From IMG/VR virus record IMGVR_UViG_3300014039_000003, positions 1 through 64,000 of that record: a DNA stretch of 64,000 nucleotides; one strand, given 5' to 3'. Source of the stretch: a virus. The notes under the pieces were generated by a model. The model made no database searches and was not told where the DNA came from. It was given only the letters and a program-made list of their open reading frames with translations. Positions 16,831 to 25,114 of this stretch are shown here, piece after piece. Each line of letters begins with the position of its first letter. Within the stretch, counting starts at the first letter, position 1. A program made the translations under genes and the position numbers.

Positions 16831-19800
16831 CAGATAACTTAGTTATTTATCATTTGCACAGCGATAACAGTCTGCTGGATAGTTGCACAGGCTATAAGCT
16901 GTATATTGACAGAGCTGCTGAACTTGGGCAACCGGCTATAGCGTTCAGCGAACACGGGAAGCCGCTCAACTGGGTCAAGAAAAAGATGTATTGTGACGAA
17001 AAAGGAATTAAATACATCCACGGCGTTGAGATATATCTCACTGAAAGCCTTAACGAAAAGGTCAGAGACAACTACCACACGGTGCTTATAGCCCGAAATG
17101 AACAGGGGGTGAAAGAACTCAATCTCGCAGTGTCAAAATCATGCGATAAAGACCACTTTTATTATGTAAATAGATTGAGTTTTGACGAGTTTCTGAAGCT
17201 GTCCAACAACATTATCACGACGAGCGCGTGTCTCGCAAGTCCTCTAAATAAGCTTCCCGTAGACCATCCGATGTACGAGAGTCTTGTTAAGCGATATGAC
17301 TTCCTTGAGATTCAGGCTCATGATTGTCAAGAGCAGAGAGACTTTAATGTGCATTTGGCGGAGCTTGCGAAGAAGTACGGTAAGCCGCTGATAGCAGGAA
17401 CCGATACTCACTCGCTTGACAAATATAAAGCCGAGTGTCGCAAGATATTGCTTAAATATAAAAACAAGTCCTACGGTGACGAAGATACATACGACCTTAC
17501 ATATAAGTCCCGTGAGGAATTAGATGCTGCGTTTGCAAGGCAGGGCGTTCTGCCTCCCGAACTGTACAGACAGGCTATGGATAATACGCTTGTAATGGCT
17601 GACATGGTAGAACCGTTCAAGCTTGATACATCTATTAAATACCCGATACTGTACGGGTCGGCTGAAGAGGATAGTCGAATAGAAGCTGAGCGTGTTGACC
17701 GAATGTTCAAAGAGAAGCTTGAGTCGGGAGTCATACCGCCCGAGCAGGAAGAAGCGTTCAGAACCGCACTGGCTGAAGAGAGAAAAATCTTCGAGAAGGT
17801 TGGCATGAATGGCTTTATGCTTTGCGAAAGTGAATTGATATGCTGGTGCAAGGAGCATGGCATTGCCATAGGTCCCGGACGAGGTTCGGTTAGTGGATCG
17901 AGAACTGCTTTTGTAACAGATATAACCGACTGCAACCCCGAACAGTGGCACACGGCGTTTGCGAGGTTCTGCCATGAAGACAGAGTTGAACCGGCTGATA
18001 TTGATACCGACTGCATAGATAAGGATAGACCCAAAATCTTCCAGTATATAATTGATAGATTTGGGGCGGAGAAGACGGCGCGAGTAGCTGCTTTTGGAAC
18101 ACTTCAGGCAAAGGCGACTATTAAAGGAATCGGAAATGCGCTGGCTAAGTATTGGGAAGAGAAGAAGAGCGGAGAACAGTTCAAGCCGTCCGACAAGTTT
18201 TCACCGGACAACCCGTATTCATTGAGAAACATTGACGGGGTTGTTGAAGAGTTTCTAATGGACGAAGACTTGGCGAAGAAGAATCATCCCGATATTTTCT
18301 TCTATTATGACGGGCTTCTGAACACAAAGATATCCCAGTCAATTCATCCTGCGGGTATAGTTATCAGTCCTATAACACTGACGGATAATTATGGTGTCTT
18401 TGATAAAGATGGAGAGCGTTGCGCTTTTATTGATATGGAAGAACTTCACGCCGTCGGAGCAGTTAAATTTGACTTCCTGATACTCAAAAATATAGGAATT
18501 ATAAACGATGCTTGCAAAATGGCTGGGATTCCATACCCCCATATGAGTGAGATGAACTTCGACGACCAAAAGGTTTGGAATGATATGTTGAGAAGCCCCA
18601 TAGCTCTGTTCCAGTTTGAAAGCAGCTTTGCTTATAGCCTAATGAAAAGATTTAAGCCTAAATCGATATTTGAACTCACGCTGGTTAATGCAGCTCTGCG
18701 TCCCGGCGGAGCTTCATACAGAGACAAGCTTGTTGAACGCATACCAAATAAAAACCCCAGTGAAGAAATAGATACTCTCCTTAAAAATAATCTTGGATAT
18801 CTGGTTTATCAAGAGGATGTCATGAACTTCTTGACTCAAATATGCGGTATGTCCGGAGGCGAGAGCGACCGAATAAGAAAGATGATAACCAAAAAGAAAG
18901 TTGATGAGATAGAAGCCATAACCCCGAAGATTTTAGACGGGTATTGCAATCACTCGGATAAGCCCAGAGAAGAAGCCGAAGAGGAAGCAATGGAGTTCAT
19001 GAAGGTTATTAAAGATGCAGGCTCTTATGCGTTCAATTTTAACCACTCTGTGAGTTATAGCTTGGTGTCGTATCTCTGTGCATATCTCCGTTGCTATTAT
19101 CCTTGTGAGTTTATCACGGCATATCTTAACAACGCCGCTAATGAAGATGATGTTATCAACGGCACTACGCTCGCCGCCGAATATGGATTTAAAGTAACAC
19201 CACCTCGCTTCGGTGCATCGAGAGATGTTTTCTATTTCAATAAAGAGAAAAAAGAAATAGCAAAGGGGTTGACGAGCGTCAAGTATATGTCCGCGGCTCT
19301 TGCGAATGAGCTGTATGACATATACGACGAAGTAAAAGGGAAGTCGTTTATGGAAGTTCTCAAGGCTCTATCGAAGACCTCTATTGATGCGCGTCAGCTC
19401 GATATTCTGATTAAAATTGGCTACTTTGAAGAGTTTGGGAATATGGGAGGGCTGCTGAAGCTTGTGCAGGTGTACTCGTTCTTCAAGAACGGAACTGCAA
19501 AATCTGTCAGCAAGTCCAAAGTGGCGGGTTTCCTTACGGATATCATTTCGGGTTACGCGACGGATAAGGGCGTCAAGGGAAACGAGCTTAAGTCTTACAC
19601 AATAACCGACATGGACGGGCTTTTAGCGGCTTGTGAAGAGCAAATTAGAAAATCAAATGTTCCTGACTTAACGCTTAAAGTCAAAATACAAAACAGCATT
19701 GACTATCTCGGATATGTTGGTATTCAGACCGGACGACCGGAAGATAGGAGAAGGCTTCTGATAACAGAAGTGTTTCCTATGCGTGGACAGAATGGTGTGC

Positions 19801-19976
19801 CGTGGGGATATAAAGTGAATACGCAGAGTCTGGGTACAGGTAAGCAGTCGTCGTTGACGATACCGGCGAGAATATATGCCGAAAATCAGGTGGCGAAGGG
19901 CGATATCGTGTACGCTGACAACTGCTACAAGAACACTAAAGGATATTGGTATCTTAATTCTTATAGAAAGATATGA
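16827..19976 (+). CDS. dnaE: DnaE-type DNA polymerase III alpha subunit (PHP domain + Pol III core)
   Basis: HLHSDNSLLD PHP motif; GPGRGSVSGS Pol III alpha signature. Confidence 0.85.
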   Translation: MTDNLVIYHLHSDNSLLDSCTGYKLYIDRAAELGQPAIAFSEHGKPLNWVKKKMYCDEKGIKYIHGVEIYLTESLNEKVRDNYHTVLIARNEQGVKELNLAVSKSCDKDHFYYVNRLSFDEFLKLSNNIITTSACLASPLNKLPVDHPMYESLVKRYDFLEIQAHDCQEQRDFNVHLAELAKKYGKPLIAGTDTHSLDKYKAECRKILLKYKNKSYGDEDTYDLTYKSREELDAAFARQGVLPPELYRQAMDNTLVMADMVEPFKLDTSIKYPILYGSAEEDSRIEAERVDRMFKEKLESGVIPPEQEEAFRTALAEERKIFEKVGMNGFMLCESELICWCKEHGIAIGPGRGSVSGSRTAFVTDITDCNPEQWHTAFARFCHEDRVEPADIDTDCIDKDRPKIFQYIIDRFGAEKTARVAAFGTLQAKATIKGIGNALAKYWEEKKSGEQFKPSDKFSPDNPYSLRNIDGVVEEFLMDEDLAKKNHPDIFFYYDGLLNTKISQSIHPAGIVISPITLTDNYGVFDKDGERCAFIDMEELHAVGAVKFDFLILKNIGIINDACKMAGIPYPHMSEMNFDDQKVWNDMLRSPIALFQFESSFAYSLMKRFKPKSIFELTLVNAALRPGGASYRDKLVERIPNKNPSEEIDTLLKNNLGYLVYQEDVMNFLTQICGMSGGESDRIRKMITKKKVDEIEAITPKILDGYCNHSDKPREEAEEEAMEFMKVIKDAGSYAFNFNHSVSYSLVSYLCAYLRCYYPCEFITAYLNNAANEDDVINGTTLAAEYGFKVTPPRFGASRDVFYFNKEKKEIAKGLTSVKYMSAALANELYDIYDEVKGKSFMEVLKALSKTSIDARQLDILIKIGYFEEFGNMGGLLKLVQVYSFFKNGTAKSVSKSKVAGFLTDIISGYATDKGVKGNELKSYTITDMDGLLAACEEQIRKSNVPDLTLKVKIQNSIDYLGYVGIQTGRPEDRRRLLITEVFPMRGQNGVPWGYKVNTQSLGTGKQSSLTIPARIYAENQVAKGDIVYADNCYKNTKGYWYLNSYRKI

Positions 19977-19987
19977 GGTGAAGAGGA

Positions 19988-20310
19988 TGAATGAAGATTA
20001 CACGAAGCTCAGGGACTTTGCACTGAAACGCCTTAACGACAGTTGCGACAACAACGGGCATGATATCAGATTTTGGATTGGTTATCTTGAAGGACTGAAC
20101 GCGCTGTATAAGAAACTATGCGCAACCGAAGAAGCTCTCGAAAAGCAGATACCAAAGAAGCCGATAAACGAAGAGCACTATTACATGTGCCCTTGCTGCC
20201 GAGGCGACTTGGGTGTTTCGGATGATGATATTTTCATTTATGAACTTCTGAAGCCTAAATATTGCAGCAATTGCGGATGTGCGCTTGACTGGTCGGAGGT
20301 GGATGAATGA
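19988..20310 (+). CDS. Hypothetical protein with C-terminal CxxC..CxxC
   Basis: ORF. Confidence 0.4.
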
Positions 20311-20489
20311 AGTGTGAAGATTGCTTGCACGAAAAAGTCTGTTATATGCGTGAGATTTGTGACGATGTTAAAGAGGAAATAAAAAGGTTCGGCTGTATGA
20401 ATTTTATTGCTTGTGCAGATGTGCGAGAAGTTAAAGACGGCTGGGAATGGAAAGCGAGCTGTAAAGGTGAAGGAGGCGTAACCGAATGA
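20307..20489 (+). CDS. Small Cys-rich protein
   Basis: ORF, overlapping starts. Confidence 0.35.
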   Translation: MKCEDCLHEKVCYMREICDDVKEEIKRFGCMNFIACADVREVKDGWEWKASCKGEGGVTE

Positions 20490-20815
20490 GTGATTATATT
20501 GACCGCGATGAGCTTTTAACAGAGATAGAGAACTTAAAAAAATCTCCGTGGTATAACGGTTGTAACGGAAACTACGAAAGAATTATTCGCGGTGATGCAA
20601 TCGGTGTTGTTGTAGACCTTTGCATAAGGCAAGCTCCTGCCGTAGATGTACAAGGGGTCAAGCACGGAAAATGGAAGCTGTGCTATGAAGATCGGCGAAA
20701 GCAAATCGCAGGCGATGAGTGCTCCGCTTGTGGCTTTCAGCATTACGGGACGTGTATATCACACTATCATTACTGTCCGAACTGCGGCGCAAAAATGGAC
20801 GGAGGTAAAGAATGA
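20486..20815 (+). CDS. Small zinc-ribbon protein
   Basis: CSACG...CPNCG. Confidence 0.4.
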   Translation: MSDYIDRDELLTEIENLKKSPWYNGCNGNYERIIRGDAIGVVVDLCIRQAPAVDVQGVKHGKWKLCYEDRRKQIAGDECSACGFQHYGTCISHYHYCPNCGAKMDGGKE

Positions 20816-21054
20816 CCGGAAGAGATTTAAGCAACTGCCTTAATTATAACGGAATGATAAAGGATGCAAGACAACTTGCGCTTAAAGACAAAATGGCAAC
20901 AGTAGAAGAACTCGCGCTTATGGGCGAGTTGGAGATATGCGATTTAATTGTCAAAAACTACGAAGCTGTTATGAGCGAAAACGAAAAAGTCCTTTTGATT
21001 CCAAAAGATAAAATGGACGAATTTAAGCAAATGGCTGTATATCTGTGCCGATAG
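20812..21054 (+). CDS. Hypothetical protein (80 aa)
   Basis: ORF. Confidence 0.4.
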   Translation: MTGRDLSNCLNYNGMIKDARQLALKDKMATVEELALMGELEICDLIVKNYEAVMSENEKVLLIPKDKMDEFKQMAVYLCR

Positions 21055-21061
21055 GGAGGTA

Positions 21062-21352
21062 ATGACAATGGCACTTGCTAAAAGATGTGATAGATGCGGG
21101 AAGTTTTACGAGTGGTATCGCGCGTCCAGTACCGAGAATGAGCATATTGAGAGTGAGTTTATCGAAGACAAATACGACGATAGTTTAGTGTGCGGCGGAG
21201 CTAACGCTATTGTGCTTTGCAAAAATAGCCATATTGGTAAAAGAATAAAGGACATAGCAACCTTAGACTTTTGTTCCGAATGCCTAAAAGCATTTGATGC
21301 GTTTATGAATCCATTAAAACAGGAGGTAAAGGGTAATGGCTGGTGCAGATAG
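21062..21352 (+). CDS. Small zinc-ribbon protein
   Basis: CDRCG...CSEC. Confidence 0.4.
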   Translation: MTMALAKRCDRCGKFYEWYRASSTENEHIESEFIEDKYDDSLVCGGANAIVLCKNSHIGKRIKDIATLDFCSECLKAFDAFMNPLKQEVKGNGWCR

Positions 21353-21659
21353 ATGCGTTTGTTGCGACGCAATAGTCCCCGAGGGGTGGCAGGTGTGTCC
21401 GTCGTGTGCGGCGGCATACATAATGGCGAGAGAGATGGGCGGTGGGAGAGACCCCGATAGAATAGACGGCTTTCTTGAAGTGCTCGGTAAAGCGTGGAAG
21501 AAAGTTCCTGATTGGAGGTTCTTTCAGCTGGTATGTAATCTTCAGAGGATGATAGGTTCTGACGGGTTCTATTGGGAAGATGATAAGGCTAAAGAGTTTA
21601 TTAGGTCTTGGACGGTGTCAATGACTACGACGGAGGAGAATAATGAAGAAAGAGTTTAA
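21336..21659 (+). CDS. Small zinc-ribbon protein
   Basis: CVCCD...CPSC. Confidence 0.4.
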   Translation: MAGADRCVCCDAIVPEGWQVCPSCAAAYIMAREMGGGRDPDRIDGFLEVLGKAWKKVPDWRFFQLVCNLQRMIGSDGFYWEDDKAKEFIRSWTVSMTTTEENNEERV

Positions 21660-21843
21660 TGAGTGCGTCGGATGTCCGCCTGAACTTGGGTGCATCGGCG
21701 ACTCGTGTCCACATAGGCGTGTTACCCGATACTTCTGCGACAAGTGCGGTGAAGAGGAGACGCTTTATTATGTGGATGGCGACGAGTTGTGTGCAGAGTG
21801 CGTGTTGGACGGGCTTGATGTCGTCGAGGGTTCAGATGAATAA
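21643..21843 (+). CDS. Small Cys-rich protein
   Basis: 8 Cys in 66 aa. Confidence 0.35.
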   Translation: MKKEFNECVGCPPELGCIGDSCPHRRVTRYFCDKCGEEETLYYVDGDELCAECVLDGLDVVEGSDE

Positions 21844-21857
21844 AAAGGAGAGATTAA

Positions 21858-22502
21858 ATGATAAAAATTGAAAATGAGTCTGTATCAAGTATATCCAGAG
21901 CCATATATTCAGCGCGAAATGCTATGAACTCATGGGATAAGTCGGATTCCGATTTAGAGAAAGATATCGTCGGTTCTAACGACCTCGCCCTCGCAAAACG
22001 TCTTTGTAGTGCTGGCACCGACCATCGTAAGTTTATGAGAATGATTACGGTGTATGTGGATATAACAGCTCCTTTGTATTTTTGGAAAGAATTTTCGACT
22101 TACAAAGTGGGCACGGTTGCCAATTCTTGTTCAACTATGCACAAGATTACGGCGAAGGAATTTACGCTTGATGATTTTTCGCACGAACATTTATTTAATA
22201 CTTCTTTGCTTGAAAAGATTATTAATGAACTTAATGCATATCGAAATGCTTATTATGCCTATGACAAGCTACCGGAAGATTATGAACCAGAGACTTCTAA
22301 GAAAGATATTTGGTGGCAGCTCATCCAGCTCCTTCCGTCTTCTTACAATCAGCGTCGGACGGTCATGTTGAATTACGAAGTGCTTACCAACATATACAAG
22401 TCCCGCCGCAACCATCGTCTCGATGAGTGGGTTGAGTTTTGCGCGTGGATAAAAACGCTCCCCTATCATGAACTAATTACTGGAGGTGATGAAAACGATT
22501 GA
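21858..22502 (+). CDS. Hypothetical protein (214 aa), unrecognised
   Basis: ORF with GGAGAG RBS. Confidence 0.45.
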   Translation: MIKIENESVSSISRAIYSARNAMNSWDKSDSDLEKDIVGSNDLALAKRLCSAGTDHRKFMRMITVYVDITAPLYFWKEFSTYKVGTVANSCSTMHKITAKEFTLDDFSHEHLFNTSLLEKIINELNAYRNAYYAYDKLPEDYEPETSKKDIWWQLIQLLPSSYNQRRTVMLNYEVLTNIYKSRRNHRLDEWVEFCAWIKTLPYHELITGGDEND

Positions 22503-23118
22503 CTATTCGATTATCGGAAAACGTTTTGGTCGGCTAACAGTGAAGGAACTCGACCATATAGGCAAGAACCGCGGTACGTGGTGGAAATGCGCATGTGATT
22601 GCGGAAATGAGACCGTTGTGTACCGAGGGTCATTAACTTCTGGTGATATCATTTCATGTGGGTGTTACCGAAAGGAGCATATTCACGAATATGGGAAAAC
22701 CCACGGTTTAACGTCCAGTCCATTATATTCTGTGTGGAGCGGGATGATCCAACGTTGTACCAATCCCAACGCAGACAATTTCGAGCGTTATGGCGGAAGA
22801 GGAATTACTGTATGTGATGACTGGAGAAACCATTATGAATCGTTCCATAATTGGGCTACAGAGTCTGGATATAAAAAAGGCTTAAGTTTAGACAGACGTG
22901 ATAATGAAAAAGGATATTTTCCAGAAAATTGTCAATGGGCAGATAGGTATTCTCAACAAAATAATACACGAAGAAACCACTATGTAACATGGAATGGAAT
23001 AACACACAGTATTGCTGAATGGTCTCGAATTCTTGGCGTAAACCATGAAACTTTGCGATACCGAATTAATCATGGAAATATGGTCGATTTTGAAAGGAGC
23101 AAAAATGAGGAGGTCTGA
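22486..23118 (+). CDS. Putative HNH/homing-endonuclease-like DNA-binding protein (zinc ribbon + LSLDRRDNEKGYFPENCQWA motif)
   Basis: CxCxC...CGC ribbon; YGGRGI.VC..W and DRxDNxxGYxPxNCxW segments recalled from phage HNH_3/AP2-type proteins. Confidence 0.4.
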   Translation: MMKTIDYSIIGKRFGRLTVKELDHIGKNRGTWWKCACDCGNETVVYRGSLTSGDIISCGCYRKEHIHEYGKTHGLTSSPLYSVWSGMIQRCTNPNADNFERYGGRGITVCDDWRNHYESFHNWATESGYKKGLSLDRRDNEKGYFPENCQWADRYSQQNNTRRNHYVTWNGITHSIAEWSRILGVNHETLRYRINHGNMVDFERSKNEEV

Positions 23119-23119
23119 T

Positions 23120-23575
23120 ATGGACGCAATAGATTACCTTAAAACAAGAGAGCGAATGTGCGAGAAGTCATGTGGTTGCTCCGTGTGCCCGCTCGCTATG
23201 AGCGAACCTTTTGGTTGTGAGACCGTTGAATCTCAGCGCCCCGAAGAGGCTGTAGAGATGGTTGAGAAGTGGGATGTGGAACATCCAGTAGAGACATACA
23301 TGAGCAACTTCCTCGAGAAGTTCCCAAACGCGATATTGGACAACAAAGGCTATCCGCCTAACTGTGTGAGATACCTTTATGGCAACGACCACACTCCAAC
23401 CAGCGGCTGTTGGTGTGATGATGTTTCTTGCTCAGATTGTTGGGATAGACCTATAAAGGAAGAGAAGTGTAGATATTATAGGGCTGAACACGGAGCCAAA
23501 GTGTGCATCGGTCAAAAGGGTGAGCCGTCGTGTAAGTGCGGCGGCGACATGAATCGTTGTGAAAGGAGAAGATAA
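23120..23575 (+). CDS. Cys-rich hypothetical protein
   Basis: AGGAGG RBS 6 nt upstream. Confidence 0.4.
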   Translation: MDAIDYLKTRERMCEKSCGCSVCPLAMSEPFGCETVESQRPEEAVEMVEKWDVEHPVETYMSNFLEKFPNAILDNKGYPPNCVRYLYGNDHTPTSGCWCDDVSCSDCWDRPIKEEKCRYYRAEHGAKVCIGQKGEPSCKCGGDMNRCERRR

Positions 23576-23923
23576 ATGAGCTATTACTTTAACAGAGAAG
23601 ATATTTTAAATGGTGCAAAAGACTGCGTTTGCAGGAGCAGAGAGGCGGACTACAGTTCGCCCGAGAACAGCTTTACCGCGATAGCAAATTTGTGGACGAG
23701 CTATCTTGACGCGGCTTTCCCGGGCGAGAAAGTTCTACTAACCTGCAAAGATGTCGCCGCCATGATGGTGCTTTTTAAAATGGCGAGAGTGGCGACCGGT
23801 AGGGGAAAGGCTGATAACTGGATAGATGCGGCGGGGTATGCAGCGTGTGGCGGTGAAATCGAGAAGATAATTCGACCCGACACAGAAGCTCCGAAGGACA
23901 TTGATTGTGGGATGGCTGTATGA
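23576..23923 (+). CDS. Hypothetical protein (115 aa)
   Basis: ORF. Confidence 0.4.
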   Translation: MSYYFNREDILNGAKDCVCRSREADYSSPENSFTAIANLWTSYLDAAFPGEKVLLTCKDVAAMMVLFKMARVATGRGKADNWIDAAGYAACGGEIEKIIRPDTEAPKDIDCGMAV

Positions 23924-24252
23924 GAAAGAAAGAGTTGAAACAGGAGCTAAGTTCTCTGCACACCGACCTCGAAACCGCTAAGAATAATGCTGGATTTTGG
24001 AAGAGATATGCGGAGTTCAGTCAAGAAAAATTAGAAGATAACAAACAACTCCGTGAAGAGAACTTAAGACTGAATAAGTTACTCGTAGAGGTGACAAGCG
24101 ACCTTAACGCACTTCGCCGAAGTAGTGGATTCGCTCATGCTTACTGCGCTTACGATGAGTGGTTAGACAAAGAATACTGTGACCGTTGCAGAGAGAACGG
24201 ATATAACGATTGGAAATGGAGAGGAGTTTTAAAAAATGAAGAGAATCATTGA
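23920..24252 (+). CDS. Coiled-coil hypothetical protein
   Basis: ORF. Confidence 0.35.
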   Translation: MRKKELKQELSSLHTDLETAKNNAGFWKRYAEFSQEKLEDNKQLREENLRLNKLLVEVTSDLNALRRSSGFAHAYCAYDEWLDKEYCDRCRENGYNDWKWRGVLKNEENH

Positions 24253-24664
24253 CGAGATATTTGACTGGATTACAGCGATAGATGAGGCGATAGAAATAAC
24301 TGCCAAAAATGAGGCTCATAGCGACCACAAGGGTGACGAGCCACAGATACATACGTGTCCCGCAGACTGCAAGGGAGTACCCAACGCCAACTGGCACTCA
24401 ATAGAAACCGTCGGCGACCTGCCTGAGTACAGCGGTAAGTTTATTGTGACGATTGAAGAGTTCTTTTATTCAATCAACTGTATACACTCGGGTCCTCGCA
24501 ACGAGAGAGCGACCGTTACAGCGTGGTACGACGCCGACTCGATGACTTGGGAGATTGACGGCGTGGATAAGCCCGTAGATGCAGTTGAGGGTGGAAGCGT
24601 TGACGGCGTACTCACTTTCGTGGTGGCATGGCAGACGCTCCCCGAGCCTTACGAGGAGGACTGA
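24236..24664 (+). CDS. Hypothetical protein (142 aa)
   Basis: ORF. Confidence 0.4.
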   Translation: MKRIIDEIFDWITAIDEAIEITAKNEAHSDHKGDEPQIHTCPADCKGVPNANWHSIETVGDLPEYSGKFIVTIEEFFYSINCIHSGPRNERATVTAWYDADSMTWEIDGVDKPVDAVEGGSVDGVLTFVVAWQTLPEPYEED

Positions 24665-24671
24665 TAGAGTG

Positions 24672-24881
24672 ATTAACATTCTTAGAAACGGAGCAAGTAA
24701 AAAACTTGAATTTAAGTGCCCGACCTGCGGGTGTGTTTTCGAGGCGGACATAGATAGCTATGTTCTGACAGGGGAAGAGATTGTTCGCGAATCATACGAC
24801 GGGGCGCACAGGGTTGTTGTGTACGCGCCTTACACAATGTCAAAATGCCCGTGCTGCGGACGAGTAGCACATGAGGCTTAA
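24672..24881 (+). CDS. Small zinc-ribbon protein (GTG start)
   Basis: CPTCG...CPCCG. Confidence 0.3.
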   Translation: MNILRNGASKKLEFKCPTCGCVFEADIDSYVLTGEEIVRESYDGAHRVVVYAPYTMSKCPCCGRVAHEA

Positions 24882-24907
24882 CTTATACATACGGAGGTTC
24901 ACAAAAC

Positions 24908-25111
24908 ATGAAAGTAACACTTTATACGACGCATTGCCCTAAATGCAATGTGCTGACGACCAAGCTAAAACAGAAGGGAGTGGATTACGAAGAAGTTACC
25001 GATGTGGACGTTATGAGAGATAAGGGCTTTATGTCGGCTCCTATGCTTGAGGTTGACGGAAAGATAATGACTTTCGTCGAAGCGATTAAATGGGTTAATG
25101 AGGTGATGTGA
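24908..25111 (+). CDS. nrdH: NrdH-like glutaredoxin
   Basis: CPKC active site, 67 aa, directly upstream of nrdD. Confidence 0.7.
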   Translation: MKVTLYTTHCPKCNVLTTKLKQKGVDYEEVTDVDVMRDKGFMSAPMLEVDGKIMTFVEAIKWVNEVM

Positions 25112-25114
25112 TAT

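Noticed and set aside
22486-23118. Calling this ORF a definite HNH homing endonuclease
   Set aside because: Recognition rests on recalled motif patterns only (zinc ribbon, DRRDNEKGYFPENCQW); catalytic HNH histidine/asparagine positions could not be verified by eye, so kept as low-confidence.
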